From Plasmodiophora brassicae (lineage: Eukaryota): a stretch of DNA of 64,000 bases. The DNA lies in contig CP145419.1 in the NCBI GenBank assembly GCA_036867785.1, positions 992,001 to 1,056,000 of the forward strand. The letters are read 5' to 3'. The position numbers were made by a program, and so were the translations under genes. Below the pieces are notes generated by a model. That model saw only the letters and a program-made list of their open reading frames with translations, did no database searches and was not told the origin of the DNA. Shown here piece after piece: positions 12,951 through 23,151 of this stretch (the stretch's first letter is position 1; each line of letters starts with the position of its first letter).

Positions 12951-13603
12951 TCAGAGGGCAAACGGACGTGCACTCGTTAGAGAAAGGTTAGCCTTCAGGG
13001 AGCCGCCTGGGACAAAGATCGGGTCCGCCTTCATCGTCGTCGAATGAAGATCACCGGCAGTCAGCACCGAATCCCTCGGAGACGACGGCAACGACGCCGA
13101 AGGCGTATGCTGACCCGCTGGATGACCTTGTGGTGAAGGCAATAGGAATCGCACATGCTTCTTCGCCTTGACAAGGGCGTTCGCCTGGGCTTGGACGAAG
13201 AATCCAGTCGCGACCGTTGTCGGTGACACCTGCATCGGGTCGTGCTTGTGCGATGCGACCGAGGGAGACCGTATCGCTCTATACAGTTGCTGGCGCTCTG
13301 CGCGCGTCAGCATGGTCGGCACCTGCGTCTCCAATTTCTCCAGTGCACACATTCGGGATAACGTGCGGCGTAACGTGTCCTGGTGCTCCATAACGGCCTA
13401 TGCCATGCGGCGCGTGCCTCCACGTGCCACATTGTACTGGACGCTTCGCGAGACGTTCCCTGCACCCGTACGTACATCCGCCGGTCATGTTCACCGATGT
13501 CGCGATCTGCCACCGTCCCGCTGCAAGTATGTAGCGATCGGTTCAGCCTACGCCTACGGAAGGCGAACACCTGAGCCAGTCCAGCCGCCGACGACAACGT
13601 CAT
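12951..13603 (-). CDS. Hypothetical protein (probably 2 exons)
   Basis: 146-aa ORF preceded by an in-frame splice acceptor; plausible upstream exon starting MTLSSAAG. Confidence 0.4.
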
Positions 13604-13668
13604 CGTCTGGCAGCTCGCTCCTTTGATCGACAAACAGCAATGCCTGCCGTGCATTTAACAAGATCGTT

Positions 13669-16600
13669 ATGGTACGGAAGGATGGCTGCGTCCAAGATAC
13701 CGACGGCGACGACGGCGACGACGGCGGTTGTAAAGACGCAACTTCGACACCAGGCGCCGCCATACCCGGTCTGCGCCTATCGGCGACCGCGATCCGCCTG
13801 GCCGGCGACAAGGGGCTGTTATCGCCCCGGTTCATCGATGACGCTGTCCGAATGCTACAGCGACCCGGCGAACGGTCAGCGGCCGACCGTGATAATTATG
13901 ACGCGCTCGCATCGAGCCGTATCGAGACGCAGGTCGCTGAGCACTGGCTGGAGTCGATGCAGGCCCGACGCTGTCAGGATGCCGCCCAGGAGAACCTTGT
14001 CGCCGATGAGGCCGACGACCTAACCCGGTCGACGCTGTCCCGCGAGTTCCACCTGCCGCATTCGCTGATCGACCGCCTGCTGCGATCCTTCTTTATCTAC
14101 ACAGTCGGCCTGCACGACACGCTGCGCCAGGCCGTTCGGCATTGCAACGGAGGCGCGCTCATTCTCGTTCGCCTCTGGGAGTCGTACCTGAGCCTTCTAG
14201 AGAACGCTGATCGGCCATCGTACGAAGCGGCCCTGGGCGTCCTCGATGACGTCGACCAGGTCGGCGGGGAACAGGACGCGATGCAGGCTCGAGAATCGGC
14301 CCTGAAAGCGAAGGAAGCGTCGACCGCGGTGACGATCCAGGCCATGGAGGACAGGTTGCGTCAGATGGAGAACGAAGGCGGCGAATTACAAAGCGCCGTC
14401 GAAGAGATCGAGGAGGCGGTCCGGCAATGCGCGTCGGCGAACCACAATCTGGCCCTGAAACGGCACCAGCTCGAGGTCGAGCTGCGCGAGTGGGCCGGCA
14501 CGAGCCATTGGCATCGGGAGCACGCCGCCGAGTTGCAACGCGTCGAGATGCGGAACCTGGGCGCCCTGCAAATTCTGCAGAACAAACTCGCCGAAATGGT
14601 CGATCGGGACACGGCCATCCGGGCCACGATTGTCAAATTGCACACCATGATCGGGGACCTGAACCTCCGCATGTTAGCGACGAATTCGTAAGCGGAACCG
14701 GAGGGGTGATCGATCGCCGTCCTTTGAGAAATGACGCGTGAATACGTCCGTCAGGGCGTTCGAGATGGAGAAACGTCGCTGGACGGAACTGAAGCGAAGG
14801 GTCGAGGACGAGGCGCAGTCGAAGCAGACGTTCAAAGAGATCATTGTGCGTCAGGAGCAGCAGCTGGCGGCTATGCGGGAGACAGAGGTCGAGGAGCGGC
14901 GCGACACGGGCCACCTGGAGGCACACCTGCAAGGGCAGCGCGCGCACAACGCCGATCTGCGACAGTCGATTGTGGTCCTGGAGGACAGCGAGAGGCAGAT
15001 GCAGGGCGTCCTGGACGCCGTCACTGTCGAGCATGACGCCCTACACGACATCGTCCGCGATAAGGCGAACGCGCTGATTGCGCTCCGGCACGGCGTCATT
15101 CAAGTCGACACGAGCACGCTCACGAATGAGCAACTGCATGTCAAGGCGGAACGTCTTGCCCATGCGAGAGCCGCCAAGCTTCAGGAGATCCTGTAGGAAC
15201 GCGTCGACGAAACGTTGGAATAGCCATCTTAAACGGCCCATAGAGAGGAGATCGACGACCATGTGCGGGAGATTTCCAAGCGAAACGACGAAGACGCCGA
15301 ACTTCAACCGGAACTGGCACGTTCGGCAGCGGAGCGGGCCACAGCGGAAGCGATGCTGGTCGAGTACACGATCCAGCATGAGACGCTGCAGCGGGATGTG
15401 GCATCCAGCGCCGAGATCGGGAACGCGACGGCAACGGCGCTATCTGACCTGACAGTTCGCCTCGCCCAGGAGACTGTCGACGCTGAACGATTCGCCCAGC
15501 AGTACGCCATCGACAAGCAGCGTCTTGTTGACGCCCAGAGCAACGTGTCGCAGACGCTATCGACAACGGAGACCGACGCCGTGTCAATCGCTCTGCAGGC
15601 ATGCACATCGTTGCACCTACTTGAACGACGCATCACATTGACATTGTCGACGACTGTCCCAGGCCGAAACACTGTCGAACGAACGCATTCAGTGGACAGG
15701 AGTGGTGGAGGCGAAGGAGGTCACCCTGCGGAAGCTGCTGGACGAGATCGCCGAGACGCAGCGGGTCTGCGCGTCGGTGGACGCCAGAGACGAGGAGCAG
15801 CGCGCGCTCTGCGACAAGATCGACACCGAGTGCCAGTCGGTCGAGGGCGCTCTGCCCGCTGTCAACGCGGAGCTCGCCCAGGCCGAGGCCGCGTACGCCC
15901 AGGCGACGCGCGCCTTCGACGCACGGATCTTCCAGCTCCAGACCGACATCATCAACGAGCAGGAAGCGCATCGACAGGTATATGCACCGCGGTCGACCAA
16001 CTCCGGGGCTGCATCCGGGGAGAAGTAACAAAGTGCGCGCACAGGCGATAGAGGACGTGGCGCAGTGCCGGCGCGATGCCGTTGCGCAGGAGGCGGAGAT
16101 GGGGCAGCAGTTGCTGGCGATGGAGCGAGACGACGTCGCGTTCGTCGAGTTCGAGCGGCACCGCCTGGCCAAGATCAAGGAGACGATCGCGGCCGCGGAC
16201 TGCTACCTGGAGATGATTGACATGGCCGCGTACGACAACCGCGCCATGATCAAGGAGATCACGGAGATCAACGCCGCCCTGGACGAGTGCCTGCGCGCGG
16301 ATCGCCGAACGCTCGAGCGGTCGCTGGCCGAAGAGGACGGGTTGCGCGCGAAGCTGAAGCCGACGACGACGATCGAGCAGAAAGAAGCGAAGGCGGTCGA
16401 GCAGGTGCGACGCCAGTACCTGGGACGTCAGCAGCACATGAACCTCCTGGAGCGTGACCGTGAACGGTTGCAAAGGCAGGTGTTCGTCAGGCGGAAGGTG
16501 TCCGTTCAGCGATCGCTGGAGCTGGAGAACCTCGAAGCGTACGAATGGCGCCTGCGTCGTAACATGAACGTCGCGTTCACGCAGCTGACAATCATTGTGC

Positions 16601-17316
16601 ACGATCGGGAGGTGCAGACCGATACGGTGCGGAAGAAGGGCGCCAGGGAGCAACTGCAGACGGCGCCGATCCTGGTCGGTATGTCGCGAACGTTCGACGC
16701 CAGCATGGTCGTCCAGCAGTACCCAAAGCCGTCGCCGCGGTCCATCCGCCTGAAAATGCACGCCAGCGAGGACATCGCGCCCGATGACTTCAAAACCATC
16801 CCGAAGCAGTTCGCCCCGCTGCCCGACGAGAGTCCCGATTCGGCGCGCTCGTCGCTATCCGCCGTATCACGATCCACCGGTGGTCGCGCCGCCTCCATCA
16901 ACCAGGACGCACTGTTCGGGGGCTTGCCGCTGTCCGTTCGGGAATTGCCGACGCTGACCCGCCCGGAGCCGACCTCCCACGGCCAGCTCGTCATTCGTCG
17001 CCAGCGCCGGGCACAGTCCATGTTTGAGCCAGGCGGCGGATGGGCGGTGGCAACAACGACACCTCGTGTCTCTATTGTCCTTCCGTCGGTCAATGAGATG
17101 CACCCCAGCAGACCGGCGGTGCAGTCGCGCAATTCTCCGCGACTTGAGCCGGTCCGCGAACGGGAGCCAGCGCGCCGGCGCGCTCCACCTCCGCATCCTC
17201 AGGCGGCACAACCGTCGGACGCGGACGCGCCCCGGTCCTTGCCGCTCTACGTCCGGCGGCGTCTACGCAAATCGATCACTAACGACGCCACGCGCATCCT
17301 GCCGCCGTCGTCATAA
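13669..17316 (+). CDS. Large coiled-coil protein, multi-exon
   Basis: Consecutive E/Q/R/A/L-rich + strand ORFs (13669, 14738, 15263, 15702, 15982) separated by short intron-sized gaps. Confidence 0.7.
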
Positions 17317-17418
17317 CGGAGCACGCCATCGAACCCGCTTCGTCGTTGCACTCTACGGTTCCGGACCAACTAGTAGACCGACACCGCGCGACAGACGTCT
17401 CGTAACAATAGAAACGGG

Positions 17419-17910
17419 TCATGCGTGTACCGCTGGCTGTTGTTGTTCCTCGTCGGCGTCGCCCAGATCGACGCTGGGTTCGGCGTCTTCGTGAAGGCCG
17501 TAGTAATCCTTGTGCCGCTCAAGGCAGGCCTGCAGGGCGGGACCGAACTCCTGGGCGCACGCCTCCAGGTTCGCCTTGTCGTCGCCCTTCGTATAGCACA
17601 GCAGCAGTCGCATCAGGTTCATGCCGCATGGCCCTTGGAGCATTTTCCGGGCGCATTCCGGGCATTTCGCATCCTGGACCATCATGTTCAGCATGTTGTC
17701 GTAGTCCGCATCCGTCATGTTGGACAGGATGTCCTTTTCGCCGGTCGCCGGCACGTCGCCCTCGCCGTTGTCCGCATGCGCCACCGTGAATCCGGCCGCG
17801 AGCCCAAACCCGCCCAGCGCGCCCGTTCGCCAGCCCGATGACGCCCGCCTCGGGAACAGCACCGAGGCACGCCGCCTGACAACCGCTGCCACTGCCCGCC
17901 ACAGCCGCAT
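17419..17910 (-). CDS. Mitochondrial Mia40/GCK-like twin-CX9C protein
   Basis: Arg-rich presequence MRLWRAVAAVVRRRAS, hydrophobic stretch, then CPEC...GPC-X9-C...C-X10-C...HKDYY. Confidence 0.7.
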   Translation of the reverse strand: MRLWRAVAAVVRRRASVLFPRRASSGWRTGALGGFGLAAGFTVAHADNGEGDVPATGEKDILSNMTDADYDNMLNMMVQDAKCPECARKMLQGPCGMNLMRLLLCYTKGDDKANLEACAQEFGPALQACLERHKDYYGLHEDAEPSVDLGDADEEQQQPAVHA

Positions 17911-18311
17911 TCGACTGCACTGGCGAACTGCAGCCACGCAGAAAATGTGCGCGCAACGGAACTGCCCACCCGACCCGCCCCAATTGTCGACCAGCAGACC
18001 GACATGGCCCCTCTGCGGCGCTGCCCTCTTGTTGGCTGCTGCCTTAAGTGCGTTCCCGTCGCTCGTGCTGTCTACGCCCGGCCTGACGATGTACAGAAAA
18101 CCGCAGAACCTGCGGCGAAGCTGACCAGCGGCGGGGAGACCCGCGTCCGTATGTAGCTCACTCTCCATAACTTGCGGGAAGCGCTGCCCGTTGTCCATTG
18201 TCGGCGAAGGTGTGTCATCTGGTGCTACGCTGGTGAGCCTAGACTCAAGTCGCGGGCCTCCGGGTTCCCCAGGGTTCAATAAACCCGCTCGCGGCCGGAT
18301 AGATTTTACCT

Positions 18312-18391
18312 GGTTTAGCCAGTATCTCGCAGGGGATCAAATATGCCCGACGGTTTAGTCAGTATCTCGTAGGGGACCAAATATCTCCGAC
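18312..18391. repeat. 40-bp imperfect tandem duplication upstream of LRR gene
   Basis: ggtttagccagtatctcgcaggggatcaaatatgcccgac / ggtttagtcagtatctcgtaggggaccaaatatctccgac. Confidence 0.85.
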
Positions 18392-18429
18392 GATATTTAT
18401 CGTCTCGTGTGGCATTTCTGAAATCGATA

Positions 18430-20161
18430 TGTCGATGCGCATCGCAGCGGTGGTGGTGACAATGCTTGTCGTGGCGCAGGCGAACGTGTGCCGGTGGTAC
18501 CCGGGGAGTTGCAAGATGCAGGCCTGTAGCGTGTCGATCGTGCTGGATTCTCTGCCCATCACCTCCATCGACGCGTCCTGGTGGTCGCCCTCGTACGCGT
18601 CGATCATCACCAGCGTGTAGGCGTGTGTCAATCCAGTGGCCCCACTTCGTCTAACGTGTTTCCTATACAAAGGACCATCACGAATAACCCGTCGTTGACG
18701 AGCATCTCTGGATCTGCTTTCTCATCGCTGTCGAACTTGGTGACCCTGTATGTCGAGCCATACCGAAAACGGAGGCAGACGCTGATGGTGCCTGACAGCG
18801 ATCTACACGGGAACGCACTGCAGAGCCTACCATCGACGTCGTTCAGCGGTCTGACGCTGCTAACATCACTGTACGTAACGTTCCCGGACACGTCGCCGGC
18901 CACCAACGTCTGACAGACGTTAAAGGATGATTCAAGGGAATTACGCGACGTCGTTACCGCAAGCAATCTTCTCGCCGCTGACCAGTACTGTATCCATAAC
19001 GTACGCAAACGTTCTCCGGATCTGGAACCGTGATTAACTGGTTGCTCGGTCGCATCGGACAGGCTCGACCCAATGTCGAGCGGCACGAACGGCCAGCCGA
19101 CCGCGCACCTGCAGTGCCTGCCCAAGAAACCTTCCAAGGCGACCTACCTGTCAACCTCGAAACCGGCACCGAATTTCGCAAGCATGCCTCTGTGCCCAAT
19201 CGGTGGCATCACAACGTCCAAGTCCCGGTCGAGGCGTCCAGTGTCGACCCGCAAACCGACCACGTTGACCGGCAAACGTGTAACGAAACAGGCGACCGCT
19301 GTCAAGCGAACGTCGACGAAAAGGAGCACACGTGTAACGAAACAGGCGACTGCTGTCAAACGCACGTCAACGAAAAGGAGCGCAAGGTCGTCCAGCAGGG
19401 CTCGACTTGGCGTCGGCGTCACCCGTTCGCGTTCCAATCGTCGGGTGACGACACGAATGCCCAGCACCAGATCCAAACCACCTGCGAAGCGCACCACCAC
19501 GACGCCTGGCAAGAAGGCGACGACTGTCGTGGCAAAGCGGGTGACTGTTTTGAAACGGGCGTCGACGAAACCAGTCGGCGGTCACACGTCCAGCAAGGTT
19601 CCACCCGTTGGCCCGCACCCACCGACGGCACTTGCAACATCGGTCAAGACACCCGCGCCGACGTCGATAGGATCCACAGATACGCGCCCAGCGCCCCAAA
19701 TATCGTCGTCGAAAAGCCACCAGCAGGTGCCGCCGGTGACGCACGCTAGGACGATTCGTCGTACCATCGTACAACCCCCGCCCTCGCAACGTCAAACAAG
19801 TCATCCCGGCATCGGAGGCACAAAGACCGATGCGACGACGACGTTATCGGCCACTCCCCCGGCGTTGGTCGCCGTCGGTGCCGGGATCGTTGTCGTAAGC
19901 GTAATCGTGGCCGTCATCGCATGCCTTCGCCTTCGGTACGTCGCCGAGGGCCACCGTCGGAGGAAGAACATGACCATGTTCGCCGACAATATGGACGGCC
20001 GGCAGAACCCCGCTGCCACCAGCGAACCAACGCACCCGTCGCCGATCCACGATGCCAGCCCGGAGGCAATGCAGGATCCCGACACGTACAGGCATTCCAG
20101 CGTCATGTACGCTATCCCAGACGCGTTCAAAGTTCCCCAGTTCTTCCGCCCCGCGAAATAA
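18430..20161 (+). CDS. Type-I membrane LRR protein A (SP, LRRs, K/R/T-rich stalk, TM)
   Basis: SP MSMRIAAVVVTMLVVAQA; CRWYPGSC cap; single-LRR exons (LDLHGNALQSLPSTSFSGLTLLTSL); TM ALVAVGAGIVVVSVIVAVIACL; 54-bp repeat x2 near 19275-19383. Confidence 0.8.
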
Positions 20162-20296
20162 CGGTCAACGCTGTTCGGCTGGCGCTCCTTCACATAAACC
20201 CCCGATTGAGGGTCGCCACAACCGGCACGGGTCGTTTCACTGTTGGGCTTACGCGCACACATGCGCGTGCCAGGCAATGATTCATCATTGTCGAAA

Positions 20297-20956
20297 ATGT
20301 CCAGCATGATTGCTGTCGTGTCGCTGTTGCTGATCGTCGGGTGCTGCGCCGACTGCGGGTCGCTGGTCGTGAACAACTTCACGACGGAGACGCTGACGAA
20401 GAACGCGTTGGGCGAGCTGTCGGGCGAAGACGGGACGGCGCAGGCGGTCAGCATCCAGAGCGAGTACGGTCTCGTGATACAGACGGATGGCGCTCGCCAG
20501 ATGGCGTGGTACACCGACGTGAACGTGTCGTGCACGAACGTCACCGAGCAGCACGTGGACACGCTCCAGGTGACGTGGTCGGCCAGCTCCCTGACGAACG
20601 TCATCATCAACGCGCTGTGGGCCCCGGACGACGCCACGTGCATCAGTCGGACCTGGCAACGCGCCTCGCTGACCGATTCCGGCGGCCTGGGATCCAACTT
20701 CAAGACGTCGGTGCTGTCGCTGACGCCCGCTCAGATGCAACGCTTCCACGCCATCGAGGTCGTTGTCGCCCAGGGGCAGCCGGCCACGTCGCTGGTCATC
20801 AGCAAAGTCGCCCTGGTCGAGAGCCCGGCCTCTTGTTCCGCCCGAAACGCGGGTAAAGGAGGTGCCGCCGGTCGTAACGCTGCCACGATGTCGACCGTGA
20901 GCTCCGTCGGCATCTTCGTCGTGACCGTCGCCATCGCCGTCATCTTCACAAACTAA
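20297..20956 (+). CDS. Secreted, likely GPI- or tail-anchored surface protein
   Basis: SP MSSMIAVVSLLLIVGCCA; small-residue linker and terminal hydrophobic VGIFVVTVAIAVIFTN; intronless. Confidence 0.75.
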   Translation: MSSMIAVVSLLLIVGCCADCGSLVVNNFTTETLTKNALGELSGEDGTAQAVSIQSEYGLVIQTDGARQMAWYTDVNVSCTNVTEQHVDTLQVTWSASSLTNVIINALWAPDDATCISRTWQRASLTDSGGLGSNFKTSVLSLTPAQMQRFHAIEVVVAQGQPATSLVISKVALVESPASCSARNAGKGGAAGRNAATMSTVSSVGIFVVTVAIAVIFTN

Positions 20957-21180
20957 ACGAATAGGTACACGTCCCAAGGCCATTCTGTAAAGATGCCCAG
21001 CAGAGGCGCAGGTGCCGCTCGTCTCGTCGTCTCTCGTATTCTTAGGACACGCCTGCCCGTGGAGACTGGTTGCCGACGCCAGAGGAAACGTTGACGGAGA
21101 GTGATCAACATTAGTTATAAGGTCGGCAACGACGCGTGCGCCTGAAATATCTGGAGCGGTTAGGCGCGAATCTTCCGGCC

Positions 21181-22151
21181 ATGTGGACGATCGGTGCATG
21201 GGCTGTCGCCGTGTTCTCCTTGCGGGGCATCGCTGCAACGGCGCCGGCGCCTTGTAGCAGCTGCGTTATGAACGTGTCGACCGGCGCGTGCGGGGGTCCA
21301 TCCAACAACTATCAAAGCTGTACGAGGTCGTTTCGGCACTGGGTAGACGGTCTAATGATCCACTGGCCAGGCCCGGTTGGCGAATATTGCAGTGAATATG
21401 GATTGTAGGTTTTCGTCGACTGCCCTTTGCCATTGACGGTTAATTAACGGCGACGGTCCATAGGTGTGGGAACGGGTCCTTGTACTGTAATACGGAATCT
21501 CTGTGCCCAATAGCAATCGCAGCACCCGCATGCCCAGCAAAGAGGCTCCGGTCTGCCACGATCGGTCCAACTCCAGTGCTATCACGTGCGCCTGCTCCAG
21601 CAACTTTACGTACTCGGGCAGCTGCGAAATCGTCGCGAACGTTGTCTCGAACATTAATCGTGGCCCCGCTGTCCAAGCGCACCATGTCGACGTCACGCTC
21701 TGCTCCTGTTCCCTTATACGTCCAGCGAAGCTCGGCAGCTAGAGGAACCAGCCAGCTGGGCATGCACTCGACTTCCGTTGGACTGCCGCTGGCGGTTGAG
21801 CGGCCTGCGCAGGGGCGACATTCTGCTGGGTCCACTAACGCATCGACATCACTGTACTCGGTGACGGCTTGGACGGGACCTGTCTGGACGATACTATTGT
21901 TGGTCATTGTCCTCGTTGCGGGCGTGATGTTCGCAATCACGTACGTAATTTGTAAGATAGAATTCGGCGTACGGCAGCTGCAGCGAGCCGCGGCGGCGAC
22001 ACTGGAAACCGTTCCGGTGTCTGCCATGGAGCAGCAGTTCAGCAACGCAATGGATCGCACCTCATATATCAAGGCAGGCCCACACAATGCCCGCCAGCAC
22101 CACCCCCGCTACTTCTCCCCGAACAACGACGTATATGAACACAGTACATAG
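21181..22151 (+). CDS. Hevein/CBM18-like domain type-I membrane protein A (degenerate), 3 exons
   Basis: Exons 21181-21319, 21371-21404, 21464-22151 give SP + CGGPSNNYQSCPVGEYCSEYGLCGNGSLYC + S/T stalk + TM + YIKAGPHN tail. Confidence 0.82.
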
Positions 22152-22349
22152 TGCGTTCGGTCTACCTGAGCGTACGATCATTCAGCAGACGGGCTGGCTG
22201 GATACGAGTGGCATTTACGGGCAACTCTGCGAAGGTTCGCGCGTCGAGAGTTGTGAGGTGCGCCGGTCCTACCTGTCGCAGTGCGCAGTCTTTAGCACTA
22301 ACCGTGATCTGCCCGACGGGCGCACCCCCCCTCCGGAAAGTGCGATTTT

Positions 22350-22380
22350 TGGCAACGGCCCGCTCCGCGGGCCGTTGCCA
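22350..22380. repeat. Perfect 14-bp inverted repeat, 3-nt loop
   Basis: tggcaacggcccgc-tcc-gcgggccgttgcca. Confidence 0.9.
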
Positions 22381-22425
22381 CTCGCCACGCCGTAGCCGCC
22401 GCTTGACGACGGCAGGGCCACGGAC

Positions 22426-22582
22426 CGCGCGTGTCAACTACGCTTCGTCACGTTACGCTCGCTTCGCTTCGCGTCCCGTTCCTCGCGTTGCAGCGACGAT
22501 CGCGCGTGTCAACTACGCTTCGTCACGTTACGCTCGCTTCGCTTCGCGTCCCGTTCCTCGCGTTGCAGCGACGACCGCGCGT
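22426..22582. repeat. 75-bp tandem repeat, 2 near-identical copies
   Basis: cgcgcgtgtcaactacgcttcgtcacgttacg... at 22426 and 22501. Confidence 0.92.
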
Positions 22583-23052
22583 CGCGAAACACGGCCCCGC
22601 GCTGCGACGTCCTGTCACATGGCGGCTCCTGTCGTGCACCGTAACGATACACGGATGCATGCCACAGTCACGTCCCCCGCACCCTGATCCGACCAGCCCA
22701 CAACATGACGCCGTCACGAGGCGACCCGTCGACGCCCGCAAGCCAAGCGGAAACAGTAAACAGCGACGGTACCTTGCGTTCGATACTGCCGTCGTGTCGC
22801 TCATGGCGGTCGCGTAGCAGCGGCCGCAGTGGACACGGGAACGGTCAGACGTTCGCAATCGGCACGCGAATCGACTCTCGACGGAATGCGGACGTCCGAT
22901 CACCAGTCGCTAAGTTGTGCGCTGGCGCTCGCCTGGACGGTCTTGGACGTTTCCGGTCACCACCCTTGTGATGTGCCACCGGCAACAACAGCATTGGGCG
23001 CAGGCCTGAGCCTCCGTCCTCCTGTGTTGCCATGAAGTGGCGTCAACGCACC

Positions 23053-23124
23053 GCAAGTCCACTACTGTATCATCCGACGTGCGGGTCACTGCAAGTCCTG
23101 TACTGTATCATCCGACGTGCGGGT
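23053..23124. repeat. 34-bp direct repeat (38-bp period) just downstream of the recombinase stop codon
   Basis: gcaagtcc(ac/tg)tactgtatcatccgacgtgcgggt at 23053 and 23091. Confidence 0.9.
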
Positions 23125-23151
23125 GGTAAGTGGCGCACGACAGCCTCCTTC

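Noticed and set aside
22426-23124. LTR or DIRS retroelement termini
   Set aside because: No gag, RT or RNaseH, and the repeats are local tandem copies rather than element-flanking.
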